Position numbers and translations under genes: made by a program
The notes under the pieces: generated by a model
Database searches by the model: none
What the model saw: the letters and a program-made list of their open reading frames with translations, nothing else
What the model was told of the DNA's origin: nothing
DNA from: an uncultured delta proteobacterium
GTDB lineage: Bacteria > Myxococcota_A > Polyangia > Polyangiales > Polyangiaceae
Assembly: GCA_963696385.1 (NCBI GenBank)
Contig: CAVOKF010000004.1
Coordinates: 544,001-608,000, forward strand
DNA length: 64,000 nt
Direction of reading: 5' to 3'
Shown here: positions 47,968-58,325 of the stretch, one piece after another
Layout: every line of letters starts with the position of its first letter
How positions within the stretch are numbered: the stretch's first letter is position 1

Positions 47968-49269
47968 TCAACGCGGACCTCCGATCTCACTGGTCCCCGG
48001 CGCGACGATCACGTCGGCCGGCTCCCAGCTGTCTCCCAAGAACGTTCGCCATTGCAGCGCGTATCGTCCCCGTAGCAACATCGTGAGGGAGAGCTGAGCT
48101 CCCGGCGCAACCCACGCGACCGGCACGCCGTCGATCCACGCCACCCGAAGCTCGTCGCTCGCGTTGATGAGTAGCAGGCCCGCGTCGGGGCGAGACCTTG
48201 GCGTCTGCGCGTCCGGCCGAACCGGCAACGGTACGTCGACAGGGGCCGTCCGAAAAGCTGCGAGCTCGGCCTTCGAGACGAGCATCTCCGCGGCGGCGGC
48301 CGGCGGGGGCGCCGCGACGAAGTCCAGCGAAGGCGGCGGTGCGCTGAGGTCGAGTGCGGGAATGTCGATGCGACGAGCGATCGACGTCACGTCGAAGGTC
48401 AGCGCCCCTCGGGTCGTCCATCGCAGCTCGGCGTGGACCGGCAGCTCGTCGGGTGCGCAGACGGGCGTCGAAGCCGGAGCGCTCATCAACTCCAACAAGA
48501 AGCCGCATAGGAGCGAGCCGCCGTCGCCCAAATCGTGCAACGTGGCCAGTTCGAGCAGTGCACGCGAAGCCCTGGTCGACACTTCGACGCGGCGCGTCTG
48601 AGCGTTCAACCGACGGGGTCCCTCCCCAGTCGAACGCACGTACGCCGCAGAAAGCGGCGCCACGTCCAAGCGCAGTTCTCCAAGTAAAGCGCGGAGCGCC
48701 CCGGGCTCCGCGATTCGATAGGTCGCCTCGCCCGGCCAGAGCAACAGGTAACCGTAGCGATCGATGCGGGCGCGTAGCTCCGTCCCCGACGGAAGAACGA
48801 ACCCGCCTGAAAGCACGAAACGCGCGCGTGTCTGGGCCACTTCGACGGCGATCCGCGCTTCGGTTTTTCGGCGAGCCGCGTCGATGGCCGAACCGTTGAC
48901 CTCGGCTGCCCTCGGCGCGCTGGGTCCTTCGCCGCTCCGCACAGTGGCTTGCAATGCATACCCGGCTATTCCTCGTGCGTCGCGACCCCCCGGTTCGTGC
49001 GCGAGCTCGGTGGGCAGATCGGCCGAGAGAGCTTCGCCGCTTCGAAGCGGCTGCGGTCCCGGTCCTGCATCGGGCCCGGCTCCGGGCGACACGCCGGCAG
49101 CCGCCAGCGCGGGCAACGACGCGAGCGGTGCAGGCTCCGCTCTGGCCTGAGGACTCGTTGCCGCGTCTGGCGGATCGACCGGTGTACTCCTGCACGCGAC
49201 ACATGCGAAAAAGGAAAGCGCCGCCAGGATGACGACCTTATTGCTCATGCGCGACTTCGGTTCGGACAT
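47968..49269 (-). CDS. Hypothetical lipoprotein
   Basis: FACVAC lipobox; 433 aa; C-terminal beta-rich domain (WIDGVPVAWV..GRY.LQWR). Confidence 0.7.
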   Translation of the reverse strand: MSEPKSRMSNKVVILAALSFFACVACRSTPVDPPDAATSPQARAEPAPLASLPALAAAGVSPGAGPDAGPGPQPLRSGEALSADLPTELAHEPGGRDARGIAGYALQATVRSGEGPSAPRAAEVNGSAIDAARRKTEARIAVEVAQTRARFVLSGGFVLPSGTELRARIDRYGYLLLWPGEATYRIAEPGALRALLGELRLDVAPLSAAYVRSTGEGPRRLNAQTRRVEVSTRASRALLELATLHDLGDGGSLLCGFLLELMSAPASTPVCAPDELPVHAELRWTTRGALTFDVTSIARRIDIPALDLSAPPPSLDFVAAPPPAAAAEMLVSKAELAAFRTAPVDVPLPVRPDAQTPRSRPDAGLLLINASDELRVAWIDGVPVAWVAPGAQLSLTMLLRGRYALQWRTFLGDSWEPADVIVAPGTSEIGGPR

Positions 49270-49324
49270 ACGGGGTGGAGAGCGGCTTGTCGCGGCCGAG
49301 TATGCTAGTCAAGCCGGTCGACGC

Positions 49325-50443
49325 ATGCCGCAACGGGACCACTACGAGGTCCTCGGAGTCCATCGCGACGCCCCCCCCGAGGAGATTAAGAGCGCGTTCA
49401 AGAAACTCGCGGCTCAGAGCCATCCCGATCGCCATCAGGGCGACGCGGCGGCGCACGAGCGCTTCAAGGAGATCAATCTCGCGTATCAGGTGCTTTCCGA
49501 TGAAAACCGTCGATCCATGTACGATCGATTTGGGCATCGCGCCGAAGAGCCCGGCTCTCCGTTCGGTGCCGGCGGACCCTTCGCGGGTGGCTTCGTCGAC
49601 ATCAGCGACATTGCCGTGGACGGGCTCCTCGGCGATCTGCTCGGGGTCTTCGGCGTTGGGCGCGGCGACAAAGGCGACATCAAGCGCGAAATCGAGATTT
49701 CCTTCGAGGAGGCGGCTTTCGGATGCGACAAGTCCATGCGCTACGACCGCATCGTGGCCTGCGGAGACTGTCAGGGGTCGGGGGCGGCTATGGGGACGGT
49801 TCCCGACGATTGCCCCACGTGCAACGGGCGTGGCCGGGTGCGCTTGCAGCAGGGGTTGCTCCCGATCGCCGTCGAGCGCGCCTGCCCGAAGTGCCGCGGG
49901 ACGGGGCGCAGCGTACGTCACCCGTGTCCCACGTGTCGCGCCAGCGGTCTGGTCCAGTCGCGCGAGACGATTTCCGTGCCCATTCCCCCCGGCGTCGAAG
50001 AGGGTGCCACCAGGCTGGTGAGCGGCGCCGGCAATCGGGTGCGGCCCGATCGCGCCCCTGGCGACCTCGAGGTGCTCGTACATGTGCGACCTCATCTGTT
50101 CTTTCGACGCGACGGGGATGACGTCGTGTGCACCGTTCCCATTCCGTTCACCCATGCCGCGCTCGGCGGCGATGTCGAGCTGCCGACGCTCGACGGAAAG
50201 GGCAAGGTGCGGGTACCAGCGGGCACTCAACCAGGCGCCGTACTGCGCATCAAAGGCAAGGGGGTTCCGCATCGGGCAGGCCTCGGGCGAGGCGATCAGC
50301 GCATCGAGATCGCGATTGAGGTGCCGACTCAGCTCACCGAGCGGCAGCGCCTGATCCTCGAACAATTCGCAAAGGAGCTCGGTGAGCACGTTCACCCGCA
50401 GCGCAAGACGTTCACCGACAAGCTTCGCGACCTATTCGGTTGA
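49325..50443 (+). CDS. dnaJ: DnaJ chaperone (class A)
   Basis: J domain with HPD; four CxxCxxxG zinc motifs; C-terminal domain. Confidence 0.93.
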   Translation: MPQRDHYEVLGVHRDAPPEEIKSAFKKLAAQSHPDRHQGDAAAHERFKEINLAYQVLSDENRRSMYDRFGHRAEEPGSPFGAGGPFAGGFVDISDIAVDGLLGDLLGVFGVGRGDKGDIKREIEISFEEAAFGCDKSMRYDRIVACGDCQGSGAAMGTVPDDCPTCNGRGRVRLQQGLLPIAVERACPKCRGTGRSVRHPCPTCRASGLVQSRETISVPIPPGVEEGATRLVSGAGNRVRPDRAPGDLEVLVHVRPHLFFRRDGDDVVCTVPIPFTHAALGGDVELPTLDGKGKVRVPAGTQPGAVLRIKGKGVPHRAGLGRGDQRIEIAIEVPTQLTERQRLILEQFAKELGEHVHPQRKTFTDKLRDLFG

Positions 50444-50465
50444 ACGCGCGTGGAGGTGCGTGACT

Positions 50466-52493
50466 TCAACGCCGAAGCAACGCGTAGAGCCCCGCCTCGT
50501 CAATGACGGTTGTGCCGTATCTCCTGGCCTCATCGAGCTTGCTCTTTCCCGTCTTGCTGCCGCAAACGAGGTACGTGGTTGTCTTTCTGACTGCGTCGTG
50601 GATCTCGCCCCCCGAAGCGCGCACGTCGGCAAGAACATCGCCGCGCTTCTTCGACAGTACGCCGGTGACGCAGAAGCTCGACCCTTTGCCGGGGCCCTCC
50701 GCTGCGACTTCGGGGCGTGGCTGCGCGCGTCCGACGCCAAGCGCGCAGAGCTTGCGCATGAGCGCGCGTTGCTCGTCGTCGTAGAGGAATGCGACGACGC
50801 TTTCGACCATCTTGGGACCGAAGCCCCGTATGCTACCGACGTGCTCGCGAGCTTCCTCCTGCGTCCAGGAGAGCATGCGTTCGAGCGTGACGGCCTCCTC
50901 TGCCAGTTGACGTGCCGCCACTTGTCCCACTTGAGGAATTCCCAGGCCGCAGAGCAATCGATCGAGAGTGCGGGTTCGTGAGCGCTGGATCGAAGCGTGA
51001 ACGTTGCTCGCGCTCTTTTTGCCCATGCGTGCCAGCTTCGCGAACGTCTCTTCCTTGAGCGGGTAGAGATCGGCGACGTCGTGCACCACGCCTCGGTCAA
51101 CGAGCTGCTCCACGAGCGCTGTGCCCAGGTGATCGATGTCCATCGCGAATCGGCGAGCGAAGTAAAAGATGCGCTGTTTCACCTGCTCGGGGCATTGTCT
51201 ATTGGGGCAACGCGTCGCGGCTCCGACCCCAAGTTCGGGCTTGTCGTCGTCACGCAGATCGCGGACGACCGTCGTGCCGCACGACGGGCATTGCGCGGGC
51301 ATCGTGAACCGTCGCTCGTGACCGGTGCGAGTGGTCGCGTCGACCGCTACGACCTGAGGGATGACATCGCCCGCCTTTTGAATGGAGACGCAATCGCCGA
51401 TCCGCACGTCGAGTGCGTCGATCAGGTCGGCATTGTGCAGCGACGCGCGCGACACGGTGGAGCCTGCGAGCGAGACGGGGTCCAAGACGGCAACCGGCGT
51501 CAGCGTTCCGGTTCGGCCGATCTGCACGACGATGGACAAGAGACGCGTCCGCGCCTGCTCTGCCTTGAATTTGTACGCCATAGCCCATTTCGGAAACTTC
51601 GAAGTCGTGCCGAGGATGTCTTGGTGCCGGTAGGCGTCGACTTTGATGACGGCCCCGTCGGTTTCGAACGGGTACTGGGCTCGGGCGCGATCGATGGCGT
51701 CGACCTTCGCCGCGACGGCCTTCCAGTCGCACACCGATTGCCGGCGATGCGTGGGTAGGCCCAGTTTTTCGAGCCATTCGAGGCTTTCGTGATGTGTCTC
51801 GTGCAACGACGGGCCCTCGACGAGCTGGTAGAAGAGCGCGCGGAGCGGGCGACGTGCCACTTCACGTGGGTCGAGCATGCGAACGGCGCCGGCGGCGGCA
51901 TTTCGCGGGTTGGCGAACGGCTCGAGACCTTGCGTTTCGCGCTCCACGTTGAGCGTTTCGAGGTCGCGCCGATAGATGACGATCTCCCCGCGCAGCGTAA
52001 GCGTCCCCTGATGCGCGATTCGCAGCGGAACGCTTCTGATGGTGCGCACGTTTTGGGTGATGTCTTCGCCGGTTTCGCCGTCGCCCCGCGTGCTGGCCGC
52101 TACGAAGCGGCCGCCCTCGTACGTGACCTCGACGCTTGCGCCGTCCAGCTTGGGTTCAATGCAAAAGCGAGGGTGTTCGCCGTCCGGTAGGCCGTCGAGC
52201 ACGCGTCGGTGGAATTCATCGAGCTCTTCGGGCGTGTACGCGTTGTCCAGCGACAGCATGCGGACGGCATGTTTGACCTGAGCGACGGTCGTTCGCGCCT
52301 CGCCCGCGATGCGCTGCGAAGGCGAATCGGCCGTCGCGAGCTCGGGATGCGCTTGCTCGATGATCCGGAGCTCTCGCATCAGTCGATCGAAGTCGGCGTC
52401 GGCAACGACGGAATCGTCCAAGACGTAGTACCTGTAGTTGTGCGCATCGATCTCGCGCACGAGCTCCGCGTGGCGTTTCTCCGGGTCAGCCAT
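50466..52493 (-). CDS. ligA: NAD-dependent DNA ligase
   Basis: MLSLDN, EPKLDG, ANPRNAAAG, DGAVIK, zinc finger, BRCT. Confidence 0.97.
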   Translation of the reverse strand: MADPEKRHAELVREIDAHNYRYYVLDDSVVADADFDRLMRELRIIEQAHPELATADSPSQRIAGEARTTVAQVKHAVRMLSLDNAYTPEELDEFHRRVLDGLPDGEHPRFCIEPKLDGASVEVTYEGGRFVAASTRGDGETGEDITQNVRTIRSVPLRIAHQGTLTLRGEIVIYRRDLETLNVERETQGLEPFANPRNAAAGAVRMLDPREVARRPLRALFYQLVEGPSLHETHHESLEWLEKLGLPTHRRQSVCDWKAVAAKVDAIDRARAQYPFETDGAVIKVDAYRHQDILGTTSKFPKWAMAYKFKAEQARTRLLSIVVQIGRTGTLTPVAVLDPVSLAGSTVSRASLHNADLIDALDVRIGDCVSIQKAGDVIPQVVAVDATTRTGHERRFTMPAQCPSCGTTVVRDLRDDDKPELGVGAATRCPNRQCPEQVKQRIFYFARRFAMDIDHLGTALVEQLVDRGVVHDVADLYPLKEETFAKLARMGKKSASNVHASIQRSRTRTLDRLLCGLGIPQVGQVAARQLAEEAVTLERMLSWTQEEAREHVGSIRGFGPKMVESVVAFLYDDEQRALMRKLCALGVGRAQPRPEVAAEGPGKGSSFCVTGVLSKKRGDVLADVRASGGEIHDAVRKTTTYLVCGSKTGKSKLDEARRYGTTVIDEAGLYALLRR

Positions 52494-52568
52494 CGAGGCG
52501 CACGATCATAGGCGCTCCGCTGGCCTCTGCACCGACGCCCGTTACAATACCGGGCTACAAGAGATTCG

Positions 52569-53252
52569 ATGCCCGCCAAACCCGAGCCGACCGTCCGAGT
52601 CGTACCCATCCTCGCGCAAATCGCGTTCGTCGTTGTCGCGGCGCTTTTCGTTTATGGCTTCGTGGCCGTTGGGAAAGAAGGTGAGACTCGCAGAGTCTGC
52701 AGTGCACCCTGCTTTCTGCATCCGGACTACATGGCCGCGGACCGACGGGCTCCTGGCTTTTCGCTCAAAGATCTCCACGGAGCGACGGTGACCCTCGATA
52801 GCCTTCGCGGCAAGGTCGTCGTCTTGAACTTCTGGACGAAGACATGCGGCCCGTGTCTCGAGGAAATGCCCGACTTGGCCGAACTGACCAAAATCGTTCG
52901 CGACCGGCCCGATGTCGTCGTCGTCGCTGTCTCGGTCGATCAGGGACCGGACGACGTGAGCGCCACGCTCCAGACCGCGTTGCGCGAATCGCCCCCGTTC
53001 GACATCTTGTTCGATCCGGATTCCGAGGTGGTTGGGGGAAAGTACGGCACCAATCTATTTCCCGAGACCTGGTTTCTCGACAAGCGAGGCGTCATCCGAG
53101 CACGGTTCGACGGGGCCCGAGACTGGACCAATCCGCTCGTTGTCAACTACATCGACGCCTTGCGCGCGGGTGATTTTTGCGACGTCAAGATTGACGGCAA
53201 GTCGCTGGCCGGCAAAGCCGCTGCGATCTGCGACGAGATGACCGGAACGTAA
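52569..53252 (+). CDS. TlpA-like thiol-disulfide oxidoreductase
   Basis: TM anchor; LNFWTKTCGPCLEEMP; FPET. Confidence 0.9.
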   Translation: MPAKPEPTVRVVPILAQIAFVVVAALFVYGFVAVGKEGETRRVCSAPCFLHPDYMAADRRAPGFSLKDLHGATVTLDSLRGKVVVLNFWTKTCGPCLEEMPDLAELTKIVRDRPDVVVVAVSVDQGPDDVSATLQTALRESPPFDILFDPDSEVVGGKYGTNLFPETWFLDKRGVIRARFDGARDWTNPLVVNYIDALRAGDFCDVKIDGKSLAGKAAAICDEMTGT

Positions 53253-53258
53253 TCGCGC

Positions 53259-54257
53259 TCACAAATCGCGCGTCCGCTCTTCGTGTGCCGCAGCTCGGCG
53301 TGCATTCACGAGCTCCTCCCGAGTGGCGTACGGCTGAGGAGAAGCTTCGGTCGTGCGAAGATATTCCGCCAAGTCCACGATATCCCACCCGCGGCGATCC
53401 GGGTGGGCCGAGTCCCAGCGGCTTGCCTCGAGGTGGCTCAGCAGCCTTTTGAAGGCTCTGACCGAAGCCCAATGCATGTCGTGCAGGAGCACGATCCCTC
53501 CCTGCTTGTAGTCCAGCTGTTCCTCGAGCGATCGCGCGATCTCGTCGGGATCCGCGCGGCGGATGTCCTGCACGTCGATGTTCCAGAGCAATAGGTCGAG
53601 GTTGCGCTCCCGGAGCGCGTGCTCGAGCCATGGGTCGAGCGCGCCATAAGGTGGGCGAAACAGGCTCGGCCGCGCGCCCGTCGCGCGCTCGATCGCCCCA
53701 GCGGAGTCGTCGATCTCGGTGAGCGCCGCCGCGTGCGACAACCCGGTCAGGATCTTGTGGTGGAGCGTGTGATTGCCGATGGCGTGGCCGGCCGCCGCGA
53801 TCCGCTTGGCCCATTCGCGCGATTCGACAGCCCGACGATCGTTACCCGAGAGGTATTGCCCGATGAAAAAGAACGTGGCGTGAATCTTGTGTTCGCTCAG
53901 GATGCGCAGGAGCGTCGGTGCCGTCTCCGGGAAAGGCCCGTCGTCGAACGTGAACGTGACGATCCGCCGGCCATCCCGCGGCGCGTGTGCAGGGCCCTCG
54001 GCAATCAGCCAGGCGCGCTCCGTACTATCGTCGGTGTTGAGCCGTGGCCAGGGCGGCGCTGGATCGGGGATCAGGGAGCCATCGACGGCCGAGAAACCGC
54101 GATCCAACGGGGGTCGCGAAGGGGCCGGGCTCGCGATCGATCCGGCGGTACGCGTGGCGGCGCCGAATGCCAGTTCGGCGTCCGGCCGGCCGAGGCCGAT
54201 AAAGGTCCCGACCCCCAGTGTCATGACCGGGATCCAGGCTCGCGATAGCGAAGGCAT
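53259..54257 (-). CDS. Polysaccharide deacetylase (CE4/NodB)
   Basis: TFDDGP, GNHTLHH, FRPPYG, IVLLHD; start uncertain. Confidence 0.9.
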   Translation of the reverse strand: MPSLSRAWIPVMTLGVGTFIGLGRPDAELAFGAATRTAGSIASPAPSRPPLDRGFSAVDGSLIPDPAPPWPRLNTDDSTERAWLIAEGPAHAPRDGRRIVTFTFDDGPFPETAPTLLRILSEHKIHATFFFIGQYLSGNDRRAVESREWAKRIAAAGHAIGNHTLHHKILTGLSHAAALTEIDDSAGAIERATGARPSLFRPPYGALDPWLEHALRERNLDLLLWNIDVQDIRRADPDEIARSLEEQLDYKQGGIVLLHDMHWASVRAFKRLLSHLEASRWDSAHPDRRGWDIVDLAEYLRTTEASPQPYATREELVNARRAAAHEERTRDL

Positions 54258-54352
54258 CGAGACGACGCCGATCGTATCGCGCGGCCTTGGCGCCGGGCCA
54301 AATTCGCCGTCATCGCGACGTCGGGAGCACGGCGTCGGCGAGTTCGTCCAAG

Positions 54353-55486
54353 CTAACGCCAGTCGACTCCCGGGAGCCGGGCGTGTTGGGGCCAGCCCAT
54401 GCGCCACCAAGGGTCGCACGACCAGCGTGCGGCAAATGCATCGCGCACGACCAACTCGGCCAGCTTTCCGCGCGGCGAGAATCCCCAAGGCGGCTCCTGG
54501 GAAGTGTCGTCGGGATCGGCGTATTCGCGCCAAACGAAGAATCCCACGAAATCGGGCTCGTCGAGCAACGGTGCGAGAAGGATGCGGTAGGCCTCGGCTT
54601 GGGCCGCTTCGTCGACGGCGACTGCGGTCATGTGATCGGGCCATTCCCAAGGCCGGTAGGCCGGATCGGATCGCGTCGTGTAACCGGTCTCCGTGAAGAC
54701 GACGGGCTTGTTCCATAGCTCCGCGAGTCGGTGCATTCGCTCACGAATGGCGCGCGCGGCGTCCCGTTGCTTGGACGGAGCGGCGTGGCGTTCCTCCGAC
54801 AAGGGAAAAAACGCATTGAGACCGATCACATCGAGGTCCCCCAGGATCACGGTCTGGTCGACGTCGTCCCAATTCGCCGAGTAGGTCAGTAGCCCGTGGT
54901 AGATCCGTCGCACGCTGCGGACGATGCGGGCGAAGCTCGGAGCGCGTGCGGTCGTCACCCACGAGCGCAACTCGACCCCGACCGAAAACATCTCGGTGCG
55001 CGTAGCCTCGGCGACCTCGGCCCAAGCCCGGACGAACCGCCCATAGCTCTCCGCCCACCGCGCCCATCCCTCATCGGTCTTTGGATCGATCTCTCCGCGC
55101 CACTGGCCCGTCTCGACCCACAGCGGAGGGACGAGCATGACGTGCAGACCGCGGGCGTGCGCCATTTCGACTGCGTGCGCCACATCCTGACGATTCCGCG
55201 CGAACGGCGCCTCGAACGTGAGGTCGACGCCGGCCCCGGTCGTGTCGGCGACGCGCCCGAACGGCGTCAGGGCGACCCATGTGCCCCCCATCGCCAGTAC
55301 TTCGCCGAGTGTTCGGTCGTACGCCGGAGATCCGTAACCGACTCCGGGGTGATATCCGTTTTCGATCGGGCCGATCGTGATGCCGCGCACTCCGCTTAGC
55401 TCCGCGCGCTTCCAGGCATCGCCGCCAGGAGCGGCGGCGGCGAGTTGTGCGGCGATCGACAATACGAAGGGTGCCACTGCAGTCAA
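54353..55486 (-). CDS. GH113-like TIM-barrel glycoside hydrolase
   Basis: GVEL, TYSANWD, GLNAFFPL, FTETGY, GFFVW..GFSP.GK.AE. Confidence 0.75.
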   Translation of the reverse strand: MTAVAPFVLSIAAQLAAAAPGGDAWKRAELSGVRGITIGPIENGYHPGVGYGSPAYDRTLGEVLAMGGTWVALTPFGRVADTTGAGVDLTFEAPFARNRQDVAHAVEMAHARGLHVMLVPPLWVETGQWRGEIDPKTDEGWARWAESYGRFVRAWAEVAEATRTEMFSVGVELRSWVTTARAPSFARIVRSVRRIYHGLLTYSANWDDVDQTVILGDLDVIGLNAFFPLSEERHAAPSKQRDAARAIRERMHRLAELWNKPVVFTETGYTTRSDPAYRPWEWPDHMTAVAVDEAAQAEAYRILLAPLLDEPDFVGFFVWREYADPDDTSQEPPWGFSPRGKLAELVVRDAFAARWSCDPWWRMGWPQHARLPGVDWR

Positions 55487-56148
55487 AGGCCCTCCTCGAG
55501 CAGCGCGTCCGTCAACGATGCCAGGTCGGCCGCAACGGCGTCGGCCCCGGCTCGGATGAGATCGCCGCTCGTGTACGAATGGGAGACCGCGACGCAGCGC
55601 AACCCAGCGCGCTTGGCGGAAATCACGCCACCGGTCGAGTCCTCGACCGCCACGGCTTGCCCGTCGTATCCGAGGCGCCGCAGCTCTTCGCGCGCCATCT
55701 GAAACGGTGCGGGATCGGGCTTCGAGGCAGTTGCCCGTTCGGCGCTCACGACGAACGCTACGGTCGATCGCGCGCCGATGCGCTCGAGAGCGAACGTGAT
55801 CTCTCGCTCGAGCGCCCCGGACACGATCCCGACCGGGCCGCGCGCGCTGCGACGAGCGATTAAGTCGAACGCCCCCGGAAAGACCCGAAACTGCTGTTCG
55901 AACCGAGCCAAGAACCGCGGGCTCTTCGCGGCCACGAACGACCTCACCTGCTCTGCGCAGAATGCCCGTCCGTTGCGCGCCAAAACCGCACGGAAGACTC
56001 CGGCGTCGTCCAGACTCAAATAGTGATCGAAGTATTCGCGTTCCGTAATCTCGAGGCTCTCGGGCGCGAGGACGTCGTTGAACGCCGCGAGGTGGACCGG
56101 CTCGCTGTCCACGATTACGCCGTCGAAGTCGAGGAGCGTTGCGATCAC
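55483..56148 (-). CDS. HAD-family phosphatase
   Basis: DFDGVIVDSE, KPDP, EDS. Confidence 0.92.
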   Translation of the reverse strand: MIATLLDFDGVIVDSEPVHLAAFNDVLAPESLEITEREYFDHYLSLDDAGVFRAVLARNGRAFCAEQVRSFVAAKSPRFLARFEQQFRVFPGAFDLIARRSARGPVGIVSGALEREITFALERIGARSTVAFVVSAERATASKPDPAPFQMAREELRRLGYDGQAVAVEDSTGGVISAKRAGLRCVAVSHSYTSGDLIRAGADAVAADLASLTDALLEEGL

Positions 56149-56199
56149 TCTTTCAGTCCTTATCCGTCGGGCGGTCCGGTGGCTGACAGACGCCGCGGG

Positions 56200-57345
56200 T
56201 CAGCCGGACACCAAGACAATGCGGGTCACTTCCGGGGAGGCGTTGACTCGAGCGGGCGGGCCGACCGTGCCAAAGCCTCGGCTCACGTAGAGCGTCGTCG
56301 ATCCGACCGTATAAGGACCGGCGATGTATTCGAAGATGGGTCCGAGCACGAAACCGGGATTGATCTGTCCGCCGTGCGTGTGTCCGCTCAGTTGCAGCGC
56401 AACCTGACCGGCCCAACGATCGACCGTATGGGGCTGGTGGGACAACAGAATGCGAGGCAGTCCGGGCGCCACCGTCGACCGCGCACGGTCGAGTCGCGGT
56501 CCCGTCCTTCCGTATCGGCGCGCGCTTAGGTCGTCTACCCCCAGCAACGCAAAGCCGCCGCCGTCGGACGGCCGGATGACTCGTCCTTCATCGACGAGCA
56601 TGCTGATCCCGGCCGCTCGCATCGCGCGCCGGACCCGTTCGGCGCCTGCGTAGTAATCATGGTTGCCGAGCGATGCGAAAACGCCGTCGCGTGCGGGCAG
56701 GTCGAGCAGCTTTCGCGCGACGAGCGGCGCGAACGTGGCGTCGTTGTCCACGAGATCGCCTGTAACGACGATCAGATCGGGTCGTGCCCTACGGGCCAAC
56801 GCTAGGCCGAGGTCGAGCTCACGCTCGCCGACGAACTCGCCGGCGTGGATATCGCTGATCTGTGCGATCACGTAGCCGTCGAGGGCACGCGGCAGGCCCT
56901 CGATGGTGACCGCGAGCTCGGTCAGCTGAAATTCGTACCTTCCCCGCATGACCCCCCACCCCAACATCGCGCCGGTCGCACCGAAGAGCGCCAAACCGGC
57001 GCCTCCCTCGACCATCTGTCGACGGCTGACCGAGCGGGTGTTGTCCGGTCCCGCGCTGCGCCTGCGGTCGATGGACCAAGACGTGGCGATCAGAATGCCG
57101 AGCGGCGGCGACGCAATCGCCAGAGCCACCCCGGCGGTCATGACCGTCATGTGCACGGCGCCCAACGGCCGCCAGTGCTTGCGGATGGCCTGCCAGTGCA
57201 GCAGAAATTGCACCGCGACAAAGAGGGTCAGGCCCCCGATGAGACCGCGCCGCCTTTGGGCGGCCCACGGGAACGAGCGGACTGCCCAGAGGTAGAAGAT
57301 GCACGGGGGCAGGATCGTCAGCAGCGTCGACCAGATGAAGGGCAT
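56200..57345 (-). CDS. Membrane metallophosphoesterase (YkuE-like)
   Basis: SDIH, TGDLVD, GNHD, LSHQP, SGHTHGGQ. Confidence 0.92.
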   Translation of the reverse strand: MPFIWSTLLTILPPCIFYLWAVRSFPWAAQRRRGLIGGLTLFVAVQFLLHWQAIRKHWRPLGAVHMTVMTAGVALAIASPPLGILIATSWSIDRRRSAGPDNTRSVSRRQMVEGGAGLALFGATGAMLGWGVMRGRYEFQLTELAVTIEGLPRALDGYVIAQISDIHAGEFVGERELDLGLALARRARPDLIVVTGDLVDNDATFAPLVARKLLDLPARDGVFASLGNHDYYAGAERVRRAMRAAGISMLVDEGRVIRPSDGGGFALLGVDDLSARRYGRTGPRLDRARSTVAPGLPRILLSHQPHTVDRWAGQVALQLSGHTHGGQINPGFVLGPIFEYIAGPYTVGSTTLYVSRGFGTVGPPARVNASPEVTRIVLVSG

Positions 57346-57364
57346 CGAGCGGCGAAACCGAAAG

Positions 57365-58228
57365 TCACGGCTTGTGTAGCACGCCGCTCACCACCCTCTC
57401 GACGCGCCCGTAGTCTCGCTGAACTTGGACGCTCGCGAAGCCTGCGCGCGCAAGCAACTCGACCACGGCAGCGGATTCTCCTGCCCCTACCTCGAGCGCC
57501 AGGACTCCCGCGGGCGCCAAGTAAGCCGGCGCGTCGATGACGATGCGACGCACGATCGCCAGTCCGTCGTCGCCGCCGTCGAGCGCCAGCCGCGGCTCAT
57601 GGTCGCGAATCTCCGGTGGCAACGACGGGATTTCGCCGCTCGCCACGTACGGTGGATTCCCGGCGACCAAATCGAACCGACAGGAGGGCCCGACGGCCGA
57701 GAACAAATCGCCCCGCCGAAACGACACATTGTACGCCCCGAGCCGCAGGGCGTTGTCGCGCGCAACGGCGAGAGCGTCGGCGCTCACGTCTGTCGCAGTA
57801 ACGCGGGACGTGGGACGCTCGCGCGCGAGCGTGATGGCGACGCAGCCCGTGCCGGTGCACAAGTCGAGCGCACGCATCGCCATCGACACGTGTCGCGTTC
57901 GCTCGAGCGCGGTCTCCACGAGCGTCTCGGTGTCGGGTCTCGGAACGAGGACGCGCCGATCGACTCGAAACGACCGGCCATAGAATTCGCGCATGCCCAA
58001 CAGATACGCGACAGGTTCCCGCGCGCGGCGCCTCTTCACGAGATCGCGGAAACGCGCCAACTCGTCAGCCTCGAGCGGCCGCTTCGCATCGACGATGAGT
58101 TGGACGCGCGTCGTGGAGAGGGCGTGAGCAAGAAGGACCTCTGCATCGAGGCGCGCCGTATCGACGCCGCGTGCGCGAAAGTCGTCTGCCGCCCAACGGA
58201 TGATCGCTTCTGTTGTCCATGCCTGCAT
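57365..58228 (-). CDS. prmC: Release factor glutamine methyltransferase
   Basis: EPVAYLLG, VPRPDTE, LDLCTGTG, NPPY, ALDGG.DGL. Confidence 0.95.
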   Translation of the reverse strand: MQAWTTEAIIRWAADDFRARGVDTARLDAEVLLAHALSTTRVQLIVDAKRPLEADELARFRDLVKRRRAREPVAYLLGMREFYGRSFRVDRRVLVPRPDTETLVETALERTRHVSMAMRALDLCTGTGCVAITLARERPTSRVTATDVSADALAVARDNALRLGAYNVSFRRGDLFSAVGPSCRFDLVAGNPPYVASGEIPSLPPEIRDHEPRLALDGGDDGLAIVRRIVIDAPAYLAPAGVLALEVGAGESAAVVELLARAGFASVQVQRDYGRVERVVSGVLHKP

Positions 58229-58325
58229 TCGAGTGTGGCCGGGGTGCTCGTACCCGTAGCGCGCCTGTGGGTTCGCTTCATCCCCGCATGGAACCGATGC
58301 GTTCCCTGCTACATTCGGCGCCAAC

